A DNA stretch of 64,000 nucleotides, taken from the NCBI GenBank assembly GCA_048013815.1, contig CM106585.1:12338001-12402000 (forward strand), in the 5' to 3' direction. The position numbers and the translations under genes were made by a program. Under the pieces are notes generated by a model, which was given only the letters and a program-made list of their open reading frames with translations, had not been told where the DNA came from and made no database searches. The DNA is from Setoptus koraiensis (taxonomy: Eukaryota; Animalia; Arthropoda). Below are positions 12,545-25,340 of this stretch, in pieces (position 1 is the stretch's first letter; every line of letters begins with the position of its first letter).

Positions 12545-15033
12545 ATGCGTTACAAAAATTGCGACAAAAATTACATTTATGCACTGGCCTGTCTCATATT
12601 GCACGGACACGCATTTGTTTGCCGCGTATCAGGCTTTGTATTATCGGACATGCCGTTGACTGTGTCGGCACAAAGCCACGTTTGCCGCGACACAAACCGA
12701 ACACCCCAAATAGAATTCAATTCATTCGACATAGAACGACAAATTGTGGACCATGTGGAGGCGGACATCATCACCGTTTATTGGCACGATTTTGAGACGC
12801 GTTACATCAGCGAATACAAGGATATTTATCACAGCTATTATATGGTGCTGGACGAAATGAAAAATGGCATATTAACTGCACGGGAACACTTCGAGGAAAC
12901 CATTTGTTCCGAGACCAATGCGCCCTGTGCACGATACACGCTGACGCGAAAGGATTTAGATGCCGACTGCTATATCAGGATTGCCGAGTCTAACAATTGC
13001 AACATAGAACCCAAAAGCTCCGCCTGGGCACGTATTAAGATTCCGCCCCGCAAAACACTATTGCCTTCGCCGCATCTGTTGACGGCCGTGCTGCAATACG
13101 AGTCAACATACAATGTAACCTGGATAGACGTTGACAGAGATCGCGCCGCAAATGGCTACTATACGCTGTTTTGGTGCTCGGACCAGTCCTACTTACTAGA
13201 GGTTTGTATGTCTATCGAGGGCTCCATGAACATAACTGGCACTGGCATTAGCTCGCTGATACACAAATTTAAGCCCGGATCTCGCTCCTTACGTGTACTC
13301 AAGTTTGGCATTGCCTACAACGAGGGCCCGCGAACTTCGGGCATTTTATGGGCACATTGTACTATATGGGCTGGCGCTGATAGGGATTTCAAGCACACTG
13401 TCACCATAATGAACGCAACTGCAATCAAGGTGGCGTGGGAGTTCGAATGCTCCAGTCGACAGATCATGGTGACCCAATACCATTTTGTGTTTTTGTCTGA
13501 GCGACTGCCCATAGTTAGTGCATGCGAACATTCAGGCAACTCTTCCAGTGCAACTAAACAAATTGCGAAAACATTCAACTCGGCCTGGCCAGATGCTCTG
13601 CACCGAAGCGCAGTGTTTGAGACGAGCCCGTTTTCGAGATACAATTTGACAATGAGCATTGACTTCAACGGATACCAATACAACAAGTCAATTGTAATAT
13701 ACACGCCTCAATACGCGCCCTATGACTCGCCAACAAGTCTCGTCGCCTTAAACAACACTCACGACTCGGTTCAGCTGCAGTGGAGCCCACCAAAATTGGA
13801 GAATGGCCCCGATTATAATTACAGAATTGTGTATGCATCACATACGGATGGCGCCGAGGAGCAATGGACCAACGTTGTGTCCGATCCAACTGTTTGCACT
13901 CAGCATAACAATCTGACAAATCTGAAACCCTACACCAATTACACGATATTTGTCGAGGCATGTATGAACTCCACCATCAATGAGCTTGTGTGCTCGCCAA
14001 AATCAAACAATATTTCCCTTCGTACACCATCATTCAAGCCACCAAAGGTAAGTGAACAAAAACGCGTCAGATCTCTTGTGCCGGCTCGGTTGGCCTCAGT
14101 TAATCTAGAGATAAATTAAGCCATCTATAGAAAAATTATTAACCGTTTACCATACATGTGTCTTCCATACTTGTTGTTGCTTGTTAGATGGATAGACCCT
14201 ATATGTTGGAGATGAAGTCTTACTTTAGATATAAACGCAAAATTAAAATAGCCTGGAATTCGCTGATTGAATTCAACGGCGAAAAACACAGCTACAAGCT
14301 ATACTATAAAACTAATGATTCTTCGACATACCAACAGATAAAAACCGTTCATCACACATTGAATCACACCGAATTCGATGTAGATTGCCGAGAAACAAAA
14401 CAAGATACTCTTAGCTACAAGATTGCTGCATTCAATGGAGATTACACCGGCGATTTGAGCGAACCTGCTTTTGTTACATTGTGCGACGATAGTATAATCT
14501 ACGAGGTTGTTGTATATTGTTTGCAAACTGGAACTTTCATTGTGTTTATGTTGATATTGTCCATGTTATTGCACGCAAAACACAATGAATTAAAACGGAG
14601 ATACCGGGGCATCAGACCAATACTACCTGCCGCGCTTATCTTGCCCCGATTGGCTTACAAAGAGACCTCATTCTATGCCATTGAGAATGACCAGGAGATG
14701 AATGGCGAGTCAGGCGAAAAGCATGGTTATATTGTTATAGCGCAAACTACCGGCGAAGAAAAAGATAATAAGGAACCTCTTAGAGATGAGACCGAAAAGT
14801 GTTCGGCTAAACACAGTGATAAAACAAATGAAACACCCGCTAAAATCGACAACTGGACTCACCAAGAGCCTAGCTACATTCCATTGCATCTGATCAATAA
14901 TCGAACGATGGTAGAATCAAGCAGCAACGGAATCTCGAGTCACTCCACAAACGAAGAAGACGAGTTATGTTATGACACCAGATCTATAGAATCAATCAGT
15001 TTATTTGTTGACAATTTGATAAACAAACAATAA
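12545..15033 (+). CDS. dome: Domeless/gp130-like type I membrane receptor with FN3 repeats; join(12545..14047,14188..15033), 782 aa
   Basis: Hydrophobic leader after ATG 12545; Dome-like FN3 signatures (SFDI...ITVYW, YTLFWC, SGILWAHC, APYDSPTSL...VQLQWSPPKLENG); one TM helix (VVVYCLQTGTFIVFMLILSMLL) followed by a Box1-like IRPILP. Intron AAG|GTAAGT...TTAG|ATG is phase 0. Confidence 0.75.
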
Positions 15034-15323
15034 TTAAAAGCTACTGTATACAGGCCGCAGCAACAGACTCAATAGCGTCCCTGTAATACAGAACCTGTTG
15101 GTTCATTGAAACTTCCGAGTCGCTTCTATTGATACTATTTTACTTTTACTTTCTTATAAATGAAAATGTTACTCAATGAAACGTGTTTTACCTCTGCACT
15201 TGATTTCTAATCAAGCAGAAATCAGGTTGAAGTTGCTATTCCTCTCTCACTCATTTTCCATTCTTTACCAGACCATCGAGGAGTGATGGTCGCACCAGGT
15301 GCAGATCATCCATATAAGTGAGA

Positions 15324-16586
15324 TTATGTGGATTTTCGCTGAGGTAATCTCATGGGCCAATCTCGCAAAACTTGCTGCGCCCTATCAGATAAATGAATGA
15401 CGTATCGAGATTGTGTTGCGGTTGCATAAGTCGTATAGATATTGCGACACATAAAAGTCACCAAGTACATCGTTTTTATTTTTGGACCATATATTTTATC
15501 TGGGTTTTCGAACAAAATCCACTCCATATTACCGAAGAAATCCTGATGCTGGAGCGACTTGAGCCAAATGTCCGAAGATTCGTTGATAAAGTCATTACAT
15601 AGTTCACCTTTGAGCTTCTCATAACGAGATACAGCTTCGTCATCTGAACTGGGCGATGTTCCTTGGAGCCTTTTGTTGGAAAATGCTACCAGACTGTGCA
15701 ATAGTAGTTCTTGGGCATTGAAGTCACTTTCTTTCAGCTCGTTGGCGTACTCTTGTAATTCGTCCAAATCGATCGGAGCTGTTGGGGACATACCGAACGT
15801 TGCTTGCAATACATCCATCGATTTTCTCATCAGTGGGCTGTTTTTTTCAAACAAATTTATGCCTTCGGAAAGATTTTCTAGCACTTCCTTGAAACACTTT
15901 TGTCCTGTGGGCCTAACAACGTCCGACAAGAGTTTCACATAGCTATCCTCATCCGGACTACCGAATGATTCTCTGCTTCTAGCGTAGAAGGTCGAAACTT
16001 TCAACGATTGAGAACAGGTCATCTTTCCATCCTGTGACACATTTACAAAGGCATAAAGGAAAAACCTACGAAGAGACATAGCATCCTCGGGCCCTAGTGA
16101 CTCCAGTTTGGTGCCCCCGTAGATTCTTCTCAAGTTTTCATCTTTTATGAGAGCTTCAATTTTCTGACTTTCATCGCTGCCTGTTTTGTATTTCGATTTT
16201 AGTCCATGATCATCGTATAGGTACCCAAGACAGCTGTCCATAATAACCAAATCTAGCACTGTTGTCAATCTATAGTTATCAGAGACGAACTTGTTCAGAA
16301 AAACGATGCAATTATCGCTTGTTGGCTCATTGTGACGCACATCACCGTTCTCATACTTCAATCTGCCTCCTTTCTCTAATATCGGCTTCTTCAAATATAG
16401 TTCGTAGTATCGCTTGTACAAGTCTTCGCCAGCGCCAATAGGAAGTCTCTTTAAATGACCGATTGCCTGCTCCACGGGCTGCTGTCTCTTCACGAGGAAC
16501 TTGCCTAAACCCGCTGCGTCACAATAAACCAGAAACGTTAAGGCCACAAGCAATGAAGCTCTGGCCAAATGCATGTTTAGAATCAT
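15324..16586 (-). CDS. Secreted orphan protein, 420 aa, single exon
   Basis: Uninterrupted long ORF; ATG at 16586 (or 16574) followed by signal-peptide-like MILNMHLARASLLVALTFLVYCDA; six further Cys; no family recognised. Confidence 0.8.
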   Translation of the reverse strand: MILNMHLARASLLVALTFLVYCDAAGLGKFLVKRQQPVEQAIGHLKRLPIGAGEDLYKRYYELYLKKPILEKGGRLKYENGDVRHNEPTSDNCIVFLNKFVSDNYRLTTVLDLVIMDSCLGYLYDDHGLKSKYKTGSDESQKIEALIKDENLRRIYGGTKLESLGPEDAMSLRRFFLYAFVNVSQDGKMTCSQSLKVSTFYARSRESFGSPDEDSYVKLLSDVVRPTGQKCFKEVLENLSEGINLFEKNSPLMRKSMDVLQATFGMSPTAPIDLDELQEYANELKESDFNAQELLLHSLVAFSNKRLQGTSPSSDDEAVSRYEKLKGELCNDFINESSDIWLKSLQHQDFFGNMEWILFENPDKIYGPKIKTMYLVTFMCRNIYTTYATATQSRYVIHLSDRAQQVLRDWPMRLPQRKST

Positions 16587-17254
16587 GTCCACTATAGTCA
16601 CTTTAAAGATCAAAATATTTTAAATTTACTGCCGTCGATTTGACACGAAATTACACATCAGATGAGGAAACCAGTCGGTTGTGTCAATGAATCTAGAGTA
16701 TGTGCTCTCGTTTCAATTTTGTCGCTTCGCAGTCTCATTGAGCTTTCAATTCCAAGCGTCGTTTCTATTTTTAATCTACGCCAATGCTGTTTTGAGATAA
16801 CTATCATCTTTGTGCCTTCATATTCTCTCTCCAGGAATTAACTCTCGGTGCTTCGAACAAATAATTTCGTTCCTAAGCCCAAAATAGATCGCCCACTAGC
16901 TTGCACCACTATCACCACTAGCATTGTGATGCATTGATAATGAAAATTCAATTGCCCTTCTGGTCGACAACGAAAAACAAACAACGATCAAACCAGCAGC
17001 TAGACAACGCCTCGTGACAATGCAACGAACATGCAACAGTATTTATTGATTTTTGATTTATTTATCGCAGAATGATGCCGTTGTTTGCCTACACATATAC
17101 ATAGATTTGTTTATCTTTTAATGTTGGTATATTCAGGGTATATTCGGTGATCACAGAACTATTTACACAAAGACTATTGTTGACCAAACGATCTGATCTA
17201 TATACATATTCATGATGACAGGATCTATTTACATCAACATTGCTGTCGATCTCA

Positions 17255-20200
17255 TCATCGGTGACTTCTGTCACCGACCGTAATGGGAGTGCTGTTGCTT
17301 TTGTTGTTGTATTTAATCATTTGTTGCTTGTTTGTTGTGTCATTGCCCTGATTCGTTATTGACTGGCACGATGATGAATAATTTGTTGATTTATATGGAA
17401 TAGGTTGATAATGATGCATTGTTGGCACTTGTCCATACTGTTGTGGCTGTTGTTGTAGCTGCTGTTGCTGACTGACCACGTTAATTGTGGACGAACAATA
17501 TGTGTACTTGGCACCGGATTTGAGATTTGTGCCACGGTTTAAGTTGATGCGTTCGTTAAGTAGATTCTCGAACCAGTTTTGGCGACTCAGTAGATCTTAT
17601 GTTTGGCGGCAGCATTTGCGATATGTGAACATTATCCGGACAATTTTGGAATAAAGAGAAGTAGAGGGTATATTAGCACAATTGAGTCAATGTTGTATGA
17701 AAAGTAGTCCACAACATGGACTTGGGAAGAATTGATGGCTCACCTATTAGTTGCGATTGATAGCGCGCTTGGAACTCTTTGATTTTGTTGCGTTCAAAAC
17801 GAATGAACGACATTAGTTGTTCGTGGCGCGATTTAAATTGGTCCACCGACACGTTGTTGTTGTCCAATTGTTGCTGGTTTTGTTGCGACGACGAACATAT
17901 AATCATCGATTGGGGCCTGCTAATTTGATGGTCGCCACGACGATAATAGTCGCTACTGATAGCGTCAGAATCCAATTTACTTGATTGCACCTGAATGTGA
18001 CTAACCATCTGAGAGGAGGTGGAAGACGACAAGTTAGGATTAACGCTGCTGGACGATCTGGCCGGTTCGTGATTAATCATTATGCAACTAGATGTTCGCG
18101 CAATCGGTATTGCTTGCTGTTGCGAATTCAGCTGCTGCTGATATTGTTGAGTTCCGTTCAGCCTGACTAAAGTGGTTGAAAGGGGTCTCTTGTTTTTGTT
18201 TGTGTTGCTGCCGTTTGTCATTGTCTGGCTGGCCAAATCGGCCGTGGTGGGAGTAGGAACTATGAGAACTTGCGAGACAGTATGCTGCTTGCCGAGGTCC
18301 CCCATCAAATGTTGCTGCTGTAACCTGTGGCGCTGCCTTGGTGGCGGTCTAATGGGACATTCTTGACTATTCAGGTACTTGTTCATTTGTAGTTTTTGCG
18401 CCACATCGCAATGGCTGTATTTGTTGTTGGCATCTTGTTGCAATTGTTGAATGAATTGTTGCTGTTGCACGGATTTGTTGATGCTGTTGCTGGTGATAGT
18501 GCTGCCGCTGCAAATGCTGCTCGACGACGACGATGAATGTTGGTGCTGCAACGACATGTGACAATTTAGTTTGATGCGAACGAAATAGTCTTGCTTCTCT
18601 TCTAGGTCGTTCATTCTTTCTAGAATGTTCACCAACAATTTCTGGTATTCGCAAACCATCTCAAATGTCTTGTTGTGATGAGTTTTGATTTTCATCAATA
18701 ACGATTCGAGGAATTCCAAACAAGTGCTGGCTATAACAATTTTGTTGCTGTTTGCGTCAGCGCAATAATTTTGCTTTGGTAGATAATGTTGATAGCTGCT
18801 ATTGCAAGTGCTTGATTGCTGCAAATGTGTTTGATTGGGCATGCCCGGTTGCAAATGAGACGACGGGGCGGGATACGGCGCGGATGTTACGCAACCACGA
18901 GCCGAATAATGGTGCTGCTGGCCAGCTGGACATTGGAAGGCGGCTTGTTGTGCAACTTGTGTGTCGTAGTTAATTAGCGATGCACCGCTAATTAGTTGGC
19001 CACTGTTGTTGTTAGCGTAATGGTGCTTGGGGTTATTTGGGCCGCCACCACCAACTACCACAATTGAGGGCGACGCTAGTTGCCTCGACTGGTGGTGATA
19101 AGTCGACTGCTGTTGTTGCTGCTGCTGATTGAATTGCTGCTGCTGTTGCTCTATGATCATATTGACACGGTTTAGATTATCTTTGCTCAAATTGAGCTCA
19201 TTGACTAGATTATCGTTTAGGCTTTGCGTTTGTAACAATCTCAATTTGAGATTGTTGATTTCCATTTGTTGTTGCTTGACGAGTTGCAGCGTTGATTCTG
19301 GCTGTGGTTTAACAACTATGGTTGACATCATCGGATTATCATTGGCGCCATTGCTTGCCCTTGAATCACCTGTCTGCTGCTGCTGGTTGTTGTTGCTGTT
19401 GTTGGTGCTGTTGGTGCTGCTGCTGTTGCTGATGCTGTTGTTGGTGGTGGTGCTGGCGCCGCCGTTGTGGCAGGCGAGATCCGTGAATAATGGAAATTGC
19501 TGATGCTGGCCAGCACTGTCGGCCAGCAGATATGCGGGCACTCTGGCCCGTTCCAGATATTCCACTCCCTGCATAGCGCGTCTCTCCATACTCTGGCTGC
19601 GATTGGACGCCCGATCGTCTCGCTTGACCATTAGTCTGCACACCGGTTGCTCAACAGTTGATGAAGTTGCCTCGCTCGGGCAATTATTTGTCAATTTAAC
19701 ACCGCTGTCGACAGCTGCCTGCTGCTGCTGCTGACCATTGATCCTGATGCTGGTCACACCGATCGCTTGTTGTTGCAATTTAGCACCGTCGTTATCACAC
19801 TCCTTGACTCGCTGCACGGCCAGCTGCTGCTGCTGCTGCCTGTGGGCTGCAAATCGTCTTGGCGGAAGTTGGGGTCTGTCCCTTGGCACTGGCTCTGTGT
19901 CCGTGGTTTGCAGTGGCGAGCTTGCGCAGGTGAGACTGTTGGCAGCATGCGTTAATTGATCGTCTTGGCTGGCCACTGCTGCAACTGTTGCAGTTGTCGT
20001 TGTTGTTGTTGTCGGTGTTGCGGTGCTCGAATTGGCCGGTAGCGTCAGACTGACTTCGTTTTGAGTTTGTTGTTCGTTTGGTGCCATTTCAAATTTCGCT
20101 TTCGTCGCCACAAGCGCGTCGCCGCCAGCCTCGCTGACTGGATCTATTTGTGGCTCATTTTCACCTGTCGGCCCCAGTTTGGTGGCGGCAGCGGCGCTTG

Positions 20201-23200
20201 CGTCGTTGGCTGACGCTGCCAGAGAGTTGCCCGAATCGGATGCGGGCGCCAATCCGCTCGACGCTTGGCTGCTCGGGCTGGAGCAAGTGGTCGATTCCCG
20301 CGAGTTGAACGAGTCGGCGTCCGAGTAGCCGGACGAGCAAGCTGTGGACGAGCAAGCTGCCGTCGAGGCCGACGAAGCGCTTTCTCTTTTGGAGTGGTCG
20401 CCCAGCGGCATCTTTGCAGCATCGGCTTCGCTCTTTTCCGCTGGCTCCTGTTTCGATTTCTTGTTGTCTGTGTCATTGTCGTTGTCGTCGTCGTCGCTGT
20501 TGTCGCTGTCACTGGCACCACTGTTGTCGCTGTCGCTGCTTATGCACAACGACTTCATGGGCAGACTCTCGTGAAACAGATCGTTGTCGTCCGAGTGATA
20601 ATCCGACGACGAGGTCTGATGTGCACCCACGAGAGCCGGATTATTGGCTGAGCGATCGTCGCTGGGCGCCTGCGATCCAGCGGACCCTCCTTGCGCCGCC
20701 GGCTTCACGAAAATGGGGCCCGCCTTGCCTGCTGCAATCTGATCAGCGGCGCCCGAGCCGCTGCAATCGATGGCGCTGTCGTCGTCGCTGGATGTTGTGC
20801 TCCGACTGCCGGTGCATCTGTTGTCTGCCGAGCCACTTGTTGGCTGTTGTGTTGCGCCGGTGTTGCCGGCAACGTCTGCCGGATTGCCTGGCGAGCTGTC
20901 CTGGCGATCGCCATCGGGGCCGGTGTCGTCGACTGTTTTGCGCTCCTCAATAGGCGCCGCAACGATTGCTGCAACGCTGGGCCTGCTGTTGGTGCCCTTG
21001 CTCATCTGAAACTGCAATCGGTTATTCTGGAAGCGGAGCCGGCTCTCCAGTTGTTTTTGTTTGCTCAGCGCCGTCTGGACGAGCTTCAATTCTGACTCCA
21101 AATTGCGCACCTCTTTGCTCAGTTTCTGGCTCAGCAGTCTGGCGTCGTTTTCGGCCTCCTCGATCTCGTTCAATTGCTCATTCAGTTGCGCCTTCTCCTT
21201 GGCCAGACTCTGGTACCGCCGCTCCCAAACGGGACACACAGCACAGGCCGGCGCGGCGGGGGCCAGCGATGCTGGCTCCTCTTTGCGAGCCACAATTTGC
21301 TCGCTGGTGCCTCGCGTCAGCTTGGCGTAGCTGTCACAAGCGTCGTTGACCGATTGCGCAACGGATATGGTTGCCATCGACACTGATTCTGTCAGTTGCG
21401 AATGACTGGCCGGTTTGGGGCAGCTGACCGCATTTGCCACATCGCCGCCACCGATATCCGCACCGATTCCGGCCGGATTGTTGAGCATAGACAGACAGGA
21501 AATGGACGAAGATTTGACGGGCGACAGCAGGCTCTTGCGCGGGCCCACATTGCTGATGGCGGGCAACTGCTGCTGCCTGGGCTGCTGCGCCAGTTGCTGG
21601 CCCAGCGTCTTGGCCGGACAACGCTTAGAGGCCGCCACAAATTTGGGTATGGCCGATGTGGACCTGACCGACAAATTGTTGCACGAATTGAGAGAATTGA
21701 GGGCCGTGTGAGAGCCGCCAATTGTTTTGTCGGAGGCAAGCGACAGCCGGTGAGCGGCGGGCGACGTTCGCAGGCCCTGAAACGAGCACTGGCGCGTTAT
21801 TGGTCGGATTTGGGAGCACCCAATTGCGCCCGATTTACTTTGAGATGGTGCGCTTGGTGCCACGAGCGAGCTGTTGTGCCGACCGATGCCGACCGGCGCT
21901 TTCGGAGGCACCAGTGCAGCGCCAGCTTGTTCGGCCAGGCGGTTGGCGGGCGTTCTTTCCAGGTTCGACTTGGATCTGCTCATCAGGCTCAGGCTGTTGT
22001 TGTTGCGAGCGGAGCGCTGCTGCTGGAGAACGCCCCGCGTCAGGATGGATTTTGTTGGCGTGGCAACGGGGCCAGCTCTGTTCTGACTTGCCGGATGGTC
22101 TTGGCCTGTCTTTATTGGCACGACTACGCGCGCTAGCGACATTCTCGCTGCCTTGCCAGCCGGCGATCTCGCCTCTGGCTGCTTCGTTTGGGCGCGCTTG
22201 CATTGTCCATTGATGGCGTTGCCGTCTGCATCCATTGTATCAGCCTGTTTTTGGTTGTCTTCCGGTGGCTCGTCGGCTCGCTTGGCGTCCTTGTAATCGG
22301 TTGCGCCGGACGAGGCCGATGTAAACGACGAGCAGTATTGCGACGACGACGACGAGCGCGGCGACACAGAACGCGAAGACGATGACGGCGACAGCGCAGA
22401 GGGCGCCCCCGTGCTCGACACGCAGCCCTCGCCGGCCAGCTCGCCGTACTGCTCGTTTCCGGTGCCGCCGGAGTGCCTTTGCAGCGAGCAAGTCAGTGGC
22501 TTTAGTTTGCTGATCGCGCCCACATCATTGCGCTCCAATGAGCAGTCGCTACTGCCGCCGCTGCTAATTGATTGAACGCTGCTGTTGCTGCCGGCCTGGC
22601 CTGTTTGCATATTATCTAACATGTCGGCCTGACCTGATTCACTATCGTGTTCTCGATCTCGCCGGTATGCTGTCGCAATTGCTGCCGCTGCTGCACCGTT
22701 ATCAGTTTGTTTGTTTGATTGGCTTGTGTTGGCGGCCGCGCTGGCGATGCCAGTCGCTCGGGCCAGAATTGAATTTGCCTTGTCCAATTGAATCAGTTCA
22801 GTTTTGTTTGTTGTCATGTGGAGCTCGTTTTCATTGTTGTCACTTTGCGACTGTTGCATAATATTAGTGTGCTTGCCGTTATTGTTGCTGATACCTGGAG
22901 TGTTTGTGTTCGCTTGGAAAAATTGTTGCAGTTGTTGTTGCTGCTGTTGATCGTGTGTATGAACTTGAACATGTTCGACACGGTCACTTGTTCTCATGCT
23001 GTTGTTGCTCACATCGGCAAAGTCCATGGTTGCTGGCTTGCCGCCGCCGTCTAGTCGCTTTGCATCGTCGTGAATGATTGTCGAGTGATCATCGCCACAA
23101 GTTGCCGCACAAAACAGTTGGCTCACTTTCCTCGAGCTAACAACGTCGGCTCGAGCAATGGCATAATGCTGCTGATCAGAGGCATTGGTCAGTCGCAATT

Positions 23201-23927
23201 GGGTTGCAGCAACACCATTCTTGGCAACACGATCACCTGTCAGTGTAGCCTTTGTTTCAGCGGCTAGGTTGTCGCCAGCAACAAGTGCGCCGCCGATTGT
23301 CGTCGTTGTTGTATTGTCTGAAATGGATAATGTATTATTGGATGGCTGCTGTTGCTTGTTATTTTTGCTGTCATTGATGGCGCCATTGATGCTGCAACAA
23401 GCCGATGTTGTTGTTGTTGCATCAGAAGCGTCGCTGATTGAATCGTTATTGTAATGATCGTTTGCTGTCTTGTCGTGAACGGCGCCGTTCTTGTTCTTCG
23501 TCTTCTCATTCGGCTGACATGTTGCCTCCTCCTGCTCCTCGTCTTGATTGCGACAGCAATTCTTGTCCCGCGAAATGATTTTTGTCTTCATAATTCGAGT
23601 AGCGGCATCATTGACGCCGGTCGCCTCTGACGGCTCTTGCTGGTGTTGCAATTCGCGCTCATGATTTGCATAACTCTGTGAGTTGCGCTGTCTTGCCGAT
23701 CGACCGTTTTGCTGGCCGGCCGTTTGTTGCTGATGTTGTTGTTGCTGCTGTTGTTGCTGCTGTTGTGGCACGGCAACAGCGTCAGCATTTGATTTGTTGT
23801 TGTTGTCGCTGTTATTGTTGTTGTTGTTGTCCGTTAGCATCACCGTTGGAGCCGTTGTTGATGCTACCCCCTCGCCATTGGTAGCAACCACGATTGCGTC
23901 ATGATGAGAGGAAGATCCGTCGTCCAT
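17255..23927 (-). CDS. Large Q/N/S-rich low-complexity protein with several coiled coils; join(23927..17744,17595..17255), ~2174 aa
   Basis: 2084-codon ORF; good Kozak context (gccATGG); donor ATAG|GTGAGC at 17743 and acceptor ATAAG|AT at 17596 join in phase 1 and extend a heptad segment (QARYQSQLI-DLLSRQNWFENLLNER). The acceptor is weak. Confidence 0.8.
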
Positions 23928-23963
23928 GGCATCGCAGTGATTGTTTATGGGCCGCTGCTGCTG

Positions 23964-24310
23964 CTGTTGTTACGAACATCATTCGACACATTCGAAATAT
24001 TCAAAATATTTGAGAAATTCGAAGGGTTCGAGCGATTCGAAAGAAAGAGGGAGAGAGAGAGACGGAACAGAGGCGCAGATGAAGGACGAATTCTTGCATG
24101 GACATTAAGATTTGAGATAAGCGGTGCAAACGTGGCTGCGATTGCCGACGCCGGGCCACTATTGGGCAATTGGAATTATTAATCGAGTGACATCAGGTCA
24201 TGGTTTGAGCCGCATCATTGAGTGCTCGCCCTAATGAATAATAATGAACCTGATTCTCTGGCTTGCACACACAGCTCCCTGTTTGCATCTGTCCCACCTG
24301 TAGCACTCAC
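23964..24310 (-). other. Probable 5'UTR intron of the coiled-coil gene
   Basis: Donor CT|GTGAGT at 24310; long pyrimidine tract and an AG-free zone ending at AACAACAG| (23964). An in-frame stop in the upstream exon makes it non-coding. Confidence 0.5.
23981..24043. repeat. Degenerate 9-bp tandem array (consensus ATTCGAAAN) x7
   Basis: attcgacac attcgaaat attcaaaat atttgagaa attcgaagg gttcgagcg attcgaaag. Confidence 0.75.
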
Positions 24311-25309
24311 AGTCGAGTTATTTCAGCAGCAATGTGAGCAATCGTCGGGACACTGTCGGCCGCAGGACGCTGTTGTTTTGTTTTGCTGTTTGCGTTCGTT
24401 GCGTAACAGTTGCGGCGAACGCAAAAATTCTGGCGCGTTGCTCTTGCGCACAAACGCATGACAGGTGCGATATCTCTCTGGCGTGACCCAAATGTGTCAG
24501 TGGCGCGATATTGGCCTGCAATCGCAAATTCAATATAGCGAGCCAACCTGACTGGGCTCGTCGTTCAGTGGTGGCGAAGAATCGGTAGACTGGCGCATTG
24601 GTGGTCACCGGCGGGGGCGCGCCGGCCGGCTCATTTTTCGTCATTATTGCCTTTTTTGCATCACTTTTGACGCTTCAGAAAGCGAGACTGGCCAAGCGTG
24701 CAGTTTGCCGTGTCTATCGGAGCAGCCAGCCTGGACACCATTAGCGACCGGCCGGCGGCCGGCCGGCCAGCATGCTGGCCGCTGCGTACGGGCTTGGCAT
24801 CAGCCAGCAAGCGGCCAGCATGCGGCGGCCAACCTTGGTGTTGGCACTAAACCAATAAATAACCATTACGCAAGACAGAAAAAAGCTCCGCCAGACGTGT
24901 GGACGCGAATCACCGTTTAACCTTGACGCTGGCCGGCCGGCGCCGGTTTAGGCGTCCCATTTGCACCATCGCACACGAACGGCAGCGCCGATAGTCGGCA
25001 TGGCAACTTAATCAGCTTCTCGGATCTGTCCACTCTGGCATGCACGCTGGCGGCTCACATCCGAACCGGCAGCCAACAGCCAACAGCCTACAGCCAATGG
25101 ACAGGCCACTAAGGCCAACAGGTGAACGAGTAGCCCGAGGAGCCTCACCCCGAGCAAATCAACACAACAGACAGGTCGCGCACATTAACGATGCAACAGC
25201 CAGCTCAACGAATGATGAATGGGCATCCGTTTGCGCCCAAATGTGCACAAATGGATGCGTATAAATGGACGCTTGTGACCCCTACATCGCCAATCGCTCT
25301 ACCATTGGC

Positions 25310-25340
<31 letters not shown>

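Noticed and set aside
18000-23900. Numerous plus-strand and alternative-frame ORFs over the coiled-coil gene
   Set aside because: Shadow ORFs of a GC-rich, stop-poor coding exon.
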